A DNA stretch of 64,000 nt from Acidimicrobiia bacterium (lineage in GTDB: Bacteria; Actinomycetota; Acidimicrobiia; Spongiisociales; ZC4RG35), in the NCBI GenBank assembly GCA_041751055.1, contig JBGSYD010000001.1:121347-185346 (forward strand), given 5' to 3'. The position numbers were made by a program, and so were the translations under genes. This document shows, one piece after another, positions 20,011-32,901 of the stretch; within the stretch, counting starts at the first letter, position 1; each line of letters begins with the position of its first letter. The notes under the pieces were generated by a model, which made no database searches, was not told where the DNA came from, and worked only from the letters and a program-made list of their open reading frames with translations.

Positions 20011-21395
20011 AGAGGTTCCAATTTCTCATGGTTCTCGCGATCGTGCTGATCCCGATCTCCGCCCTCGGGCATCCGTTGGGGAACTTCACAATCAACCATC
20101 ATCTCGCCGTTTCGATCGCGGAGTCCCGCCTCGAGGCAGAGTACATCGTGGACATGGCCGAGATCCCAGCCTTCAAGGAGATTTCTGCGCTCGACGTCAA
20201 TGGCGAAGGGTTGGCCTCTGAAAGCGAACTGGGCGCCTACTCACAAGAAACTTGCTCAGCGTTGGGCCTCGGCCTGTGGTTCGAACTCGACGGGAAGCGA
20301 CTCGAACTAGAGGTGACTGATGGCATTGCCGCGACTTTGCCCGGACAGAACGGCGTGCCCACGCTCCGAATCGAGTGCACCTATGTAGCTGAGGCAGCGT
20401 CAGGGCTACTCAATATTCGAAACGCCAATTTCGAAGATCGGATCGGTTGGGCCGAGATAATCGTCTCATCTGAGATCCCTATCAGCACCGATCTCCCCGG
20501 CGAGTCGGCTTCCGCCTATCTCAGCGCCTACCCGGACGATGAACTAGGTGAGACGCCTAACACACGAAGCGGCGAGGTCGCCATTGGGACGGGATCGAAG
20601 GTGACTGCAGGGCAGGCTCCGCTCGTCGCACTCTCCTCAGCCTTCGATGCTGAGAACTCCGGTCTTGTCGCAGGTTTAGTGGCGTTTGCCGCTGCCCTCG
20701 CCCTCGGCGCCGGTCATGCTCTGGCTCCCGGGCACGGTAAAACCATTGTCGCGGCCTATCTGGTGGGTAGCCGCGGCACTTCGCGCCAGGCCCTGGTGCT
20801 GGCCGGGGCCACGGCTGTCTCTCATACGGCAGGCGTCGCCATTCTCGGGATCATCGCAGCAACAGCCTCAGTGGCATTCGAGCCCACGGTTTTCTACCCG
20901 TACCTGTCGACCCTTGCCGGCGTCGTAATCGTCGTCGTCGGGGGGCGTCTGCTGTGGTCCGCTCTTCGCCGCAAACATGGGCACACCCATGATCATGGTC
21001 ACCCTCACGACCACGACAGCCACGGAACTCATAGCCACGATGAGGCCCAATCACACACCCCCGCCCTCGGTTGGAAGGCGGTGGCAGCGCTGGGATTCTC
21101 GGGCGGTCTGGTGCCGTCGGCCTCCGCGGTGGTTTTGCTTCTGGGTGCAATTCAGCTCGGACGGGCCTGGTTCGGCGTCCTTCTGGTGGCAGCTTTCGGA
21201 ATCGGCATGGCTTCGGCGTTGGTTGGTTCCGGATTGTTGGCGGTGGCCGCTCACCGGTTTGGCTGGAGATGGTTCTCCCGGAACCGGCCCGAGTCGACGT
21301 TGTGGCGTTGGGTTCCGGTCACGGCGGCTTCTGCCGTGGTTGTCCTCGGACTGGTGCTGACTATCTCGGCAGTGGCTGGACTTCCTTCCCTCTAG
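20007..21395 (+). CDS. Ni/Co transporter (RcnA/NiCoT-like) with an N-terminal extracytoplasmic domain and a His-rich loop
   Basis: HPLGNFTINH, GAGHALAPGHGK, SHTAG, HGHTHDHGHPHDHDSHGTHSH, GGLVPS. Confidence 0.87.
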   Translation: MKRFQFLMVLAIVLIPISALGHPLGNFTINHHLAVSIAESRLEAEYIVDMAEIPAFKEISALDVNGEGLASESELGAYSQETCSALGLGLWFELDGKRLELEVTDGIAATLPGQNGVPTLRIECTYVAEAASGLLNIRNANFEDRIGWAEIIVSSEIPISTDLPGESASAYLSAYPDDELGETPNTRSGEVAIGTGSKVTAGQAPLVALSSAFDAENSGLVAGLVAFAAALALGAGHALAPGHGKTIVAAYLVGSRGTSRQALVLAGATAVSHTAGVAILGIIAATASVAFEPTVFYPYLSTLAGVVIVVVGGRLLWSALRRKHGHTHDHGHPHDHDSHGTHSHDEAQSHTPALGWKAVAALGFSGGLVPSASAVVLLLGAIQLGRAWFGVLLVAAFGIGMASALVGSGLLAVAAHRFGWRWFSRNRPESTLWRWVPVTAASAVVVLGLVLTISAVAGLPSL

Positions 21396-21412
21396 AGGAA
21401 GAGCTCCGGCGC

Positions 21413-21586
21413 TCAGTCGAATTCCAGATCTTCCTCTTCCCACTCCTGGTTGCGCTTCTCCACGGTTTCCAACGCTCGTTCGGCTGCTTCCCGCGTCGGA
21501 TAAGGACCGAGACGGTCCAGGATCCGGCAACCCAGCTTGGGTTCGACCGTGTTGTGTTCGACGCAGTAGTACCACTCTTCGCTCAT
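21413..21586 (-). CDS. Small conserved actinobacterial-type hypothetical protein
   Basis: MSEEWYYCVEHNTVE...GC...DRLGPYPTREAAERAL...RNQEW. Confidence 0.7.
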   Translation of the reverse strand: MSEEWYYCVEHNTVEPKLGCRILDRLGPYPTREAAERALETVEKRNQEWEEEDLEFD

Positions 21587-21658
21587 GGACCGAATGTAAA
21601 CACCATCGGAGACTTGTCGGGGTTGGGAAAGGACGACCATCTCCTACACTCAATTCTG

Positions 21659-22627
21659 ATGGCAACGCTTCAGATAACCAGGGCCAAGGATGTTCTTCCA
21701 GAAGCCGAAGTCGCTGCCCTGCAGCCAGTGATCGACGATATCAACCGGCTCAAGAAGGAGCGCAACGCCATCGTTGCAGCCCACAACTACATGACGCCCG
21801 ACATCTATCACCTCGCAGCCGACATCACGGGCGACTCGCTGGCTTTGGCCAACCTGGCATTGGAGACCGAGGCCGAAGTGATCGTCCTCGCCGGCGTCCA
21901 TTTCATGGCCGAGACCGCCAAGATCATCAATCCTGCCAAGACGGTCCTCATCCCAGATCTTCAGGCTGGATGCTCGCTGGCAGACGGGATTACCGGCGCT
22001 GATGTGCGGCGAATGCGGGAGCTCTACCCCGACACTCCAGTTGTCACCTATGTGAACACATCGGCTGAGGTCAAAGCTGAGTCAGACATAACTTGCACCT
22101 CGTCGAACGCGGTGGCTGTGGTCGAATCACTGGGTGTAGATCGCGTCATTTTCACGCCTGATCAGTACCTGGGGAAATGGGTGGCGACACAGACCGACGT
22201 CGAGGTGATCCTCTGGGAAGGGTCCTGCATGGTGCATGATCGCTTTACTGGCGAGGAGATTGCCCAGCATCGCGATGGTCTCGGCGGCATCCAGGTCATT
22301 GCCCACCCCGAGTGCCCGCCCGATGTTCTGGCCGAGGCCGACTATGTCGGCTCTACTCATGGCATGATCGAGTGGGTGCGAGCCAACAAACCGGATCGGG
22401 TCATGATGATCACAGAGTGCTCGATGGCAGACAACGTTGCGCTGGAGACCCCAGAGACCGAGTACATCCGGCCATGCAATATGTGCCCGCACATGAAACG
22501 AATCACACTCGACAACATCCGGACCTCATTGGCGACGATGACCCATCAGATTGAGATTCCGCCGGAAATTGCCGATCGCGCTCGAGTGGCAGTGAAGCGG
22601 ATGCTCGAGGTCGGTCGTCGCGACTGA
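21659..22627 (+). CDS. nadA: Quinolinate synthase
   Basis: AHNYM, GDSL, GVHFMAET, AGCSLA, YVNTSA, AHPEC, CPHMK; start reset to ATG 21659. Confidence 0.95.
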   Translation: MATLQITRAKDVLPEAEVAALQPVIDDINRLKKERNAIVAAHNYMTPDIYHLAADITGDSLALANLALETEAEVIVLAGVHFMAETAKIINPAKTVLIPDLQAGCSLADGITGADVRRMRELYPDTPVVTYVNTSAEVKAESDITCTSSNAVAVVESLGVDRVIFTPDQYLGKWVATQTDVEVILWEGSCMVHDRFTGEEIAQHRDGLGGIQVIAHPECPPDVLAEADYVGSTHGMIEWVRANKPDRVMMITECSMADNVALETPETEYIRPCNMCPHMKRITLDNIRTSLATMTHQIEIPPEIADRARVAVKRMLEVGRRD

Positions 22628-22639
22628 GGTGGCAAGCTA

Positions 22640-24151
22640 ATGCCCGAAACAAGACGCCTCGATGCACCTCTGATAGTTGGCGCGGGTGTGGCCGGCTTGA
22701 CCGTTGCTTTGGGGTTGCCCAAGGCGTATGTAGTCACAGCCCCAGAGATGGGGTCGACATGGTGGGCTCAGGGTGGCATCGCTGCAGCACTGGCACTGGA
22801 CGACTCACCTTCTCAACATGCCCACGACACGGTTGTCGTGGCCGGAGGGCTGGCAGTCCAGACGGCTGTTGAGATCCTCACGGCCGGTGGGCCCGAAGCG
22901 ATCAGACGGCTCACCGCAATGGGGGCGGAGTTCGATCGGGACGACGCCGGGGACCTGATTCTGGGCCGGGAGGGCGGACATCAGACCAGGCGTGTCGTCC
23001 ATGCCGATGGCGATGCGACAGGGGCCGAGGTCATGAGGGCTCTAAATGCGGCGGTGGCGGCGTCGGAGACGATTGAGATGATCCCGGCGCGCGTGATCGA
23101 CCTGGTGGAGGCCGGGGGCAGGGTGGTCGGGGTAATCACGGGCGACGGGACCAAGCGAGAAGTCATCAAGGCGCCGGCTGTCATTCTCGCGACGGGCGGC
23201 GCCGGTCGACTGTTTGCCCGCACCACCAATCCATTGGGGGTCACCGGAGATGGCATCGCGATGGCGGGTCGATTGGGCGCAAGGCTCGCGGACCTCGAGT
23301 TCGTCCAATTCCACCCGACGGCGCTGCTTGCCGGCAAGGACCCGTTGCCATTGCTCACCGAGGCGCTGAGGGGTGAAGGGGCGGTCCTCGTCGATGCTCA
23401 CGGGCGCCGGTTCATGGATCAATATCATCCGATGGCCGAATTGGCCCCCAGGGACATCGTCGCTCGGGCCATCTTCTGGCAGTACGACAAAGGCGCCGGG
23501 GCATATCTCGACTGCACGAAAATCTCAGAGTTCGCCGATCGATTCCCAACGGTCAATGCCCACGCGCATTCGGTGGACCTGGACCCGACAAGTGACCTTT
23601 TGCCAGTTTCCCCGGCGGCCCATTACTACATGGGTGGCATCGACGCGGACTTCAACGGGAGGACGTCGCTTCAAGGCCTGTGGGCGGTGGGGGAGTGCTC
23701 GTCGACGGGAGTCCATGGCGCGAACCGCCTCGCTTCGAACTCGCTTCTGGAAGGTCTTGTTTTTGGTGCCAGGGTTGCAATTGACGTGGCTGAGAATACC
23801 GTTGAGCCTGGCGGGGATGCTGAGGCACCCAAGGAGGCTCTCGACCTTCCCCTGGTGGCCGGACCGGCCCTCGAAGAGATGCGCCAGCTCATGTGGGATC
23901 GTGTCGGCCTGGTTCGGACAGGCTCGGGGTTGTGGGAGGCCCGTAATGGGCTTCTCGATCTCGAATCAGTCCTGAGGCGGACGATCGCCGGGCGGGTGGC
24001 AGTCGAATTGGGGCTGATGATGGTTCTGGCCGCCCTCCGACGCAGTGAGTCGAGGGGTGGGCATTATCGAGCCGACTACCCCGAACCCGACCCGTTGCAG
24101 GCCCATCGGACGCTTGTGGATCCGGCTCCCACCGACCTGGTCCCGGTTTGA
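22640..24151 (+). CDS. nadB: L-aspartate oxidase
   Basis: GAGVAG, AQGGIA, QFHPT, EALRGEG, ELAPRDIVAR, HGANRLASNSL; between nadA and nadC. Confidence 0.95.
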   Translation: MPETRRLDAPLIVGAGVAGLTVALGLPKAYVVTAPEMGSTWWAQGGIAAALALDDSPSQHAHDTVVVAGGLAVQTAVEILTAGGPEAIRRLTAMGAEFDRDDAGDLILGREGGHQTRRVVHADGDATGAEVMRALNAAVAASETIEMIPARVIDLVEAGGRVVGVITGDGTKREVIKAPAVILATGGAGRLFARTTNPLGVTGDGIAMAGRLGARLADLEFVQFHPTALLAGKDPLPLLTEALRGEGAVLVDAHGRRFMDQYHPMAELAPRDIVARAIFWQYDKGAGAYLDCTKISEFADRFPTVNAHAHSVDLDPTSDLLPVSPAAHYYMGGIDADFNGRTSLQGLWAVGECSSTGVHGANRLASNSLLEGLVFGARVAIDVAENTVEPGGDAEAPKEALDLPLVAGPALEEMRQLMWDRVGLVRTGSGLWEARNGLLDLESVLRRTIAGRVAVELGLMMVLAALRRSESRGGHYRADYPEPDPLQAHRTLVDPAPTDLVPV

Positions 24152-24993
24152 TGCTCAATCGTTCGCTCTATGAGGGAATCGTGGCTTTGGCCTTGGAGGA
24201 GGATCTCGGCACTGCAGGTGACCTCACAACCGAATCGATCATCGATCCTGCGATCCAAGCGACTGCCCAATTCCGAACACGGCACCCCGGGGTAATTGCC
24301 GGGCTGGAAGTGGCCGCATATGTCTTCGAGGTAGCTGACGAGACACTCGACTTCGATACCCGGGTCGACGATGGTGACCGGGTGGTCGAGAATTCCGTGT
24401 TGGCAGTGGTATCCGGGAACGCCCGATCGATTCTTTCGGCCGAGCGAACGGCACTCAATCTGCTGGCGCGCATGTCAGGTGTGGCAACCCAAACGGCACT
24501 CTTGGTCGATGCAGTGCGGGGAACCGCCGCTCGCATCGCTGATACCAGGAAGACGATGCCGGGCCTGCGGGCGCTCGACAAGTACGCGGTTCGCATGGGG
24601 GGAGGGATGAACCATAGGTTCGGCCTCCACGACGCCGTGATGATCAAGGACAACCACATCGTATCGGTTGGCTCAATCACGAAGGCCGTGGAAGCGGTCC
24701 GCGCCCACGTCGGCCATACGGTGGCGGTCGAAGTCGAGGTCGAGAATTTCAAACAGTTGGCCGAAGTGCTCGAAACCGACACAGACATCGTTCTTCTCGA
24801 CAACATGACCCCGATGGAGCTTGCAGAGGCAGTGCGCATGGTTGGTGGCGCCATGACTACCGAGGCGTCAGGCGGTGTCACCCTCGAAACAGTCCGCGAG
24901 ATCGCAGAAACCGGAGTCGATGTCATCTCTGTGGGCTGGATCACCCACTCGGCACCCCAACTGGACATCGGGCTGGACTTCGTCGCGACCTGA
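24151..24993 (+). CDS. nadC: Nicotinate-nucleotide pyrophosphorylase
   Basis: ERTALN, DTRKTMPG, NHRFGL.D, IKDNH, LLDNM, EASGG. Confidence 0.96.
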   Translation: MLNRSLYEGIVALALEEDLGTAGDLTTESIIDPAIQATAQFRTRHPGVIAGLEVAAYVFEVADETLDFDTRVDDGDRVVENSVLAVVSGNARSILSAERTALNLLARMSGVATQTALLVDAVRGTAARIADTRKTMPGLRALDKYAVRMGGGMNHRFGLHDAVMIKDNHIVSVGSITKAVEAVRAHVGHTVAVEVEVENFKQLAEVLETDTDIVLLDNMTPMELAEAVRMVGGAMTTEASGGVTLETVREIAETGVDVISVGWITHSAPQLDIGLDFVAT

Positions 24994-25057
24994 GATAGGC
25001 GCTCCAGCCAGTCGAGAACTTTAGGTCTGACAGTTCCAGCGGGTACGCTCAAACACC

Positions 25058-26044
25058 ATGAAATCTCCTGTGAATGTTGCTGTGACTGGTGCCGCCGGAC
25101 AGATCGGATACAGCCTGTTGTTTCGAATCGCGTCCGGCCAGATGCTCGGGCCGGATCAACCAATAGTGCTCCAAATGCTCGAGATTCCGCCTGCGTTGCC
25201 CGCCCTCGACGGCGTGGCGATGGAGCTCGAGGATTGCGCCTTTCCGCTTCTCGCCGGAATGGTCAAGACTGCGGACCCGGAGGACGCCTTTGCTGGAGCC
25301 GACTATGCGCTGTTGGTCGGGGCCATGCCGCGAAAGGCGGGGATGGAACGAGCCGATCTCCTTTCTGCCAATGGGGCGATCTTCACCACCCAAGGTAAGG
25401 CGCTCGCATCTTCAGCCGCACCCGACGTCAAAGTTCTGGTAGTCGGTAACCCTGCCAACACCAATTGCCTGATTGCCAAGTCCAATGCGTCCGGGCTCGA
25501 CCCGGCTCAATTCACTGCGATGACGCGGCTGGATCACAACAGGGCGCTCAGCCAGCTCGCTTCGAAGACCGGGAAGCCAGTGTCCTCGATAAGGAAAATG
25601 ACGATATGGGGTAACCATTCGGCAACCCAGTATCCGGACCTGTTCCACTGCGAGGTCGATGGTCAGAATGCCTACGAGCTGGTCGCCGACCACGACTGGG
25701 TCGAGTCGGAGTTCATCCCGACCGTCGCCAAACGCGGTGCGGCGATCATCGATGCCAGAGGCGCATCGTCAGCGGCCTCAGCCGCCAATGCCGCAGTGGA
25801 CCACATGCATGACTGGGTGCTGGGGAGCCCCGAAGGAGACTGGGTTTCGATGGGAGTTCCGTCCGACGGTTCGTATGGCGTGCCCGAGGGCCTGATTTCC
25901 TCCTTCCCTTGCGTTACCCGCGATGGGAAGTGGGAAATCATTCGTGGCCTCGAGATCGATGACTACTCGCGTAGCCGGATAGACGACTCAGTTGCCGAAC
26001 TTGTCAGCGAACGTGATGCAGTTGCTGAACTGGGATTGATCTAG
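25058..26044 (+). CDS. mdh: Malate dehydrogenase (type 2)
   Basis: [39 protein letters not shown]. Confidence 0.97.
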   Translation: MKSPVNVAVTGAAGQIGYSLLFRIASGQMLGPDQPIVLQMLEIPPALPALDGVAMELEDCAFPLLAGMVKTADPEDAFAGADYALLVGAMPRKAGMERADLLSANGAIFTTQGKALASSAAPDVKVLVVGNPANTNCLIAKSNASGLDPAQFTAMTRLDHNRALSQLASKTGKPVSSIRKMTIWGNHSATQYPDLFHCEVDGQNAYELVADHDWVESEFIPTVAKRGAAIIDARGASSAASAANAAVDHMHDWVLGSPEGDWVSMGVPSDGSYGVPEGLISSFPCVTRDGKWEIIRGLEIDDYSRSRIDDSVAELVSERDAVAELGLI

Positions 26045-26051
26045 TTCGTTG

Positions 26052-26423
26052 CTAACCGTTGGAGAAGTCGATGCAGGGACGCACTTCGACCTTGCCATGC
26101 CATGCACCTGGTATTTGCTGAGCCCATTTGAGGGCGTCGTCGAGGTCGGCGCAATTCAGCAGGTAGAACCCACCGAGGACTTCTTTGGTCTCCGCAAAGG
26201 GGCCATCGGTAAATACCGCGTCGCCCCCTTTTCCACCTTCGACTTGGATGGTCGTGGCGGTGTTGGTGTCGTGGAGCGCCTCTCCTCCGGCCATGACGCC
26301 CGCCGCGCCCGCCTTCTCGCCGAACTCGGTGTAGTCGGCCAGGATTTGGTTCATTGTCTCTTCTGAGACGTCCATTCCCTCGGTTTCTGCGGGCGAATAG
26401 ATCAGGGCTGCGTACAACGGCAT
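26052..26423 (-). CDS. YciI-like DGPF protein
   Basis: TDGPFAETKEVLGGFY...DLDDAL.WA..IP...VEVRP. Confidence 0.9.
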   Translation of the reverse strand: MPLYAALIYSPAETEGMDVSEETMNQILADYTEFGEKAGAAGVMAGGEALHDTNTATTIQVEGGKGGDAVFTDGPFAETKEVLGGFYLLNCADLDDALKWAQQIPGAWHGKVEVRPCIDFSNG

Positions 26424-26457
26424 CGTGGTCTCCTTTGATCGGTGCCTTTCACTCTAT

Positions 26458-26484
26458 GACGAATCGACCTCACCTATTTCGACA
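26458..26484 (-). promoter_or_regulatory. Putative ECF42-type promoter
   Basis: Minus strand TGTCGA-N17-CGTC upstream of the DGPF gene. Confidence 0.6.
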
Positions 26485-26509
26485 CAAGATTCGCAACGTA
26501 ATCGTGCAG

Positions 26510-27364
<855 letters not shown>

Positions 27365-27460
27365 GAAGGATCTAGTTTTTTGTGGTGCTCTTTGTCTGCG
27401 AGCGACCCTGGAGCCTATCCGTCCCAAGAGAGGGCAGCGGAAGAGAATGGTCGGAAAAGT

Positions 27461-27489
27461 TTGACGAAGCACCCGCCTTCCGATAGCTT
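27461..27489 (+). promoter_or_regulatory. Housekeeping-sigma promoter of the metY-metX leader
   Basis: TTGACG-N17-TAGCTT. Confidence 0.7.
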
Positions 27490-27499
27490 CCTCTCCAAC

Positions 27500-30088
<2,589 letters not shown>

Positions 30089-30103
30089 TAGGCGACAAAC
30101 TCG

Positions 30104-30571
30104 CTATGAGGTAGTACCTCGATTGACGAGTTTCCCCAGGTGTTGCTTGAGGGTGGCCCCGGTTATGCCCTCGGCGCTCACGATAAGGACTGTGTTCTCG
30201 CCGGCGATGGTCCCCAGGACGTTGGGATGACCACTGCGGTCGATGGCCTGGGCCAGCGGGTCGGCATAGCCGTTCGGTGTCGTCGCGACAACGAGGTTCC
30301 CGCTTGCTTCAAGACTCAGCGCCCAGGTGCGCAGGGCCAGGGCCAGGGATGCCATTTGGTCCTGGTCGGGCGTGCCCGGCCGCGCGTAACGCAACTGCCC
30401 GGATTCGTCCCTCACTTTCACCAACCCGAGTTCGGAGATGTCCCTTGAGATTGTCGTTTGGGTAACCGTCGTGCCAAGGGCTGCGAGGGCAGACACCAGT
30501 TCGTCCTGGGTGCTGACCCTATGCTCATCGATGATCTCGAGGATCGTTCCGTGGCGGGTTCGTTTGGTCAA
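30104..30571 (-). CDS. argR: Arginine repressor
   Basis: TQDEL, VTQTTISRDI, A.AID, GTIAGENT. Confidence 0.93.
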   Translation of the reverse strand: MTKRTRHGTILEIIDEHRVSTQDELVSALAALGTTVTQTTISRDISELGLVKVRDESGQLRYARPGTPDQDQMASLALALRTWALSLEASGNLVVATTPNGYADPLAQAIDRSGHPNVLGTIAGENTVLIVSAEGITGATLKQHLGKLVNRGTTS

Positions 30572-30584
30572 TTTTGGTGCGGTG

Positions 30585-31742
30585 TCAAGTTGTGTACTCG
30601 GCGTTTATCTTGACATAGTCGTAGCTGAGATCAGTAGTCAGATAGCCGGCGTGACCAAACCCTAGACCGAGGTCCAGGTCGATTCTCAACACGGGTCCGG
30701 TCACATCCACATCCGTACCCGTGGGTCGACCATTGGTCAGGACTTTGGTTCCGTTGAATGCGACCGTCAACGTATTGACGTCAACCCTGGCGAATGACTC
30801 GCCCACCGGTGCCGATCCAGCAGCAGCCACCACCCTTCCCCAGTTGGCGTCCTTGCCGAAGGCCGCCGTCTTGACCAAAGACGAGGTCGCAATTCTGGCG
30901 GCGATCGCCACGGCATCTGTCTCATCAGCCGCACCCGATACATCTATTTCCAAAATCACGGTCGCGCCTTCCCCGTCTTCGGCAATCTGTCTCGTCAGAC
31001 TGGAACACACCTGATCGAGTGCTTCCACAAATCCGGCGTTGTGGTGGCCGGTGCCGGGCTCTCCAGATGAGAGCAGGATTACGGCGTCGTTGGTCGAGCA
31101 CTCGCCATCAACGCTCATCCGGTTGAAGCTCTTTTTGACGGCCGGCCTGAGGAGGTCATCGGCTTCACCCGGCTGGAGCGGGTAGTCGGTGGTTATCACG
31201 GCGAGCATCGTTGCGAGGGATGGGTGGATCATGCCCGAGCCCTTGGCCATGCCACCGACCGTGAAACCACCAAATCGTGCAGTGGCCATTTTCGGTCTGG
31301 TGTCGGTGGTCATGATCGCCTCCGCGGCTCCGGCACCGCCGTCCGGGCTGAGCGCCGGCACTATCTCCGCGAGTCCGGTTCTGATGCTCCCAAGAGGTAG
31401 CGGCACCCCGATGAGTCCGGTCGAAAGAACGAGAACTTCTTCGACGTCGAGACCAAGCAGACGAGCCGCTTCGACTGCCGTCGCCTTGGCGTCCAACTCT
31501 CCTCGCGCACCCGTCGCTGCGTTGGCCACGCCGGAATTGATGACGACCGCCTGGGGCTGAGCCAATCGGAGGTGTTCTTTGGAGACGACCACGGGCGCTG
31601 CCTGCACCTGGTTGGTCGTGAACATTGCCGCGCCTGTCGATTTGGTCGTAGAGCGAACCACCGTCAGGTCAGGCACGTGTTTTCTCCGAATCCCGGCGTA
31701 GGCCGAACCGGCGACGAAACCAATAGGCGCGGTGACGCTCAT
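30585..31742 (-). CDS. argJ: Ornithine acetyltransferase
   Basis: NSGVANAATG, AIMTTDT, AKGSGMIHP.LATML, STND, DANWGR, INAEYTT. Confidence 0.96.
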   Translation of the reverse strand: MSVTAPIGFVAGSAYAGIRRKHVPDLTVVRSTTKSTGAAMFTTNQVQAAPVVVSKEHLRLAQPQAVVINSGVANAATGARGELDAKATAVEAARLLGLDVEEVLVLSTGLIGVPLPLGSIRTGLAEIVPALSPDGGAGAAEAIMTTDTRPKMATARFGGFTVGGMAKGSGMIHPSLATMLAVITTDYPLQPGEADDLLRPAVKKSFNRMSVDGECSTNDAVILLSSGEPGTGHHNAGFVEALDQVCSSLTRQIAEDGEGATVILEIDVSGAADETDAVAIAARIATSSLVKTAAFGKDANWGRVVAAAGSAPVGESFARVDVNTLTVAFNGTKVLTNGRPTGTDVDVTGPVLRIDLDLGLGFGHAGYLTTDLSYDYVKINAEYTT

Positions 31743-31806
31743 TGTCCTTGCTGCATCAAAGTGTCAAAAAATATACATCTCATTCGGTTTGCTCTCCTAC
31801 TAGGTC

Positions 31807-32901
31807 GTGCATAAAATGCAGCATATCAGCATAAACATACATTTGGTACTCGAAGACGGCTCGGTGTTCCCGGGAACCTCTGTTGGCGCCCGGGGAACGG
31901 TGGCCGCAGAGGTCGCATTCACAACGACTATGGCGGGTTATCAGGAAGCCGTCACCGACCCGAGTTACCGGGGTCAGGCCCTCGTTTTCAGCTACCCCTT
32001 GATCGGAAACTATGGCATTAGCGAGGCCGCTGCCCAGTCCTCAACAGCTCAGACGCGTGCTGTGGTGATGCGGCAGTCCAGGCCCGAATGGTCGAGATGG
32101 CTTGATAGCCAGGGTGTAGTGGCATTGTCCGACGTCGATACCCGATCTCTGGTCAGGCACATCCGGAGTGTCGGAGCGATGAGATGCGCGGCGGGCGAAG
32201 GTGATGTGTCGGAACTCCTGGATTTGGCCCTGGCCGAACCCCACATCGATTACGGCCGGGCGGTCGCCGAGCCCGAATTGACCATGCCGCCCCTGGCCCT
32301 CGAAGTCGCGGTCGAAAGGCCTTATCAGGTCGGGAGTGGCCCGACCGTTGTCGTAGTGGATCTCGGGTGCAAACGTTCCGTTGTCAGGTCGATAGCGAAT
32401 GCCGGAATGAAGGCTCATGTGGTCCCGGGCACCTATGACGCCGGGCGAATCCTCGAATTGGCACCGAGTGCTGTCTTGATCGGAAACGGGCCCGGAGACC
32501 CCGCCCAACTGGTGGATCAGGTTGAGACGATTCAGCGTCTGCTGGGAAATGTCCCTTTGTTCGGGATCTGTCTCGGCCACCAGCTCATCGCTTTGGCCGT
32601 GGGCATGAAGACGTTCAAACTCCCGTTTGGTCACAGGGGCTCCAATCACCCGGTGCATGAGACGAAATCGGGGCGGGTGCTGGTCACCTCGCAGAACCAT
32701 GGCTTCGCTGTCCAGCCCGCCGGGGGAGTTTCCGTTACTCATGTCTCTCTGAACGACTCCACCGTCGAAGGCATAAAGGGAGACGGTTTCAACAGTGTTC
32801 AGTTCCACCCTGAGGCGGCGCCAGGGCCGACCGACGGAATCGGGTTCTTCGAGGAGATGGGAAAAGCATGCCGGCGCGTACCGACATCACAAGCATCCTG
32901 A
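31807..32901 (+). CDS. carA: Carbamoyl-phosphate synthase small subunit (true start may be 31816 or 31843)
   Basis: LVLEDG, GYQE..TDPSY, NGPGDP, GICLGHQ, QNHGF, QFHPE. Confidence 0.95.
   Translation: MHKMQHISINIHLVLEDGSVFPGTSVGARGTVAAEVAFTTTMAGYQEAVTDPSYRGQALVFSYPLIGNYGISEAAAQSSTAQTRAVVMRQSRPEWSRWLDSQGVVALSDVDTRSLVRHIRSVGAMRCAAGEGDVSELLDLALAEPHIDYGRAVAEPELTMPPLALEVAVERPYQVGSGPTVVVVDLGCKRSVVRSIANAGMKAHVVPGTYDAGRILELAPSAVLIGNGPGDPAQLVDQVETIQRLLGNVPLFGICLGHQLIALAVGMKTFKLPFGHRGSNHPVHETKSGRVLVTSQNHGFAVQPAGGVSVTHVSLNDSTVEGIKGDGFNSVQFHPEAAPGPTDGIGFFEEMGKACRRVPTSQAS
31808..31842. promoter_or_regulatory. Tandem ARG boxes in the argJ/carA divergent region
   Basis: TGCATAAAATGCA and GCATAAACATACAT about 21 bp apart in an AT-rich stretch next to argJ-argR. 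Confidence 0.7.

Noticed and set aside
21071-21658. Long N-terminal extensions in the ORF track (nadA, lysA, tyrA, pheA, argG, sigma-like, BI-1)
   Set aside because: They overlap neighbouring genes or regulatory DNA; downstream starts match family N-termini
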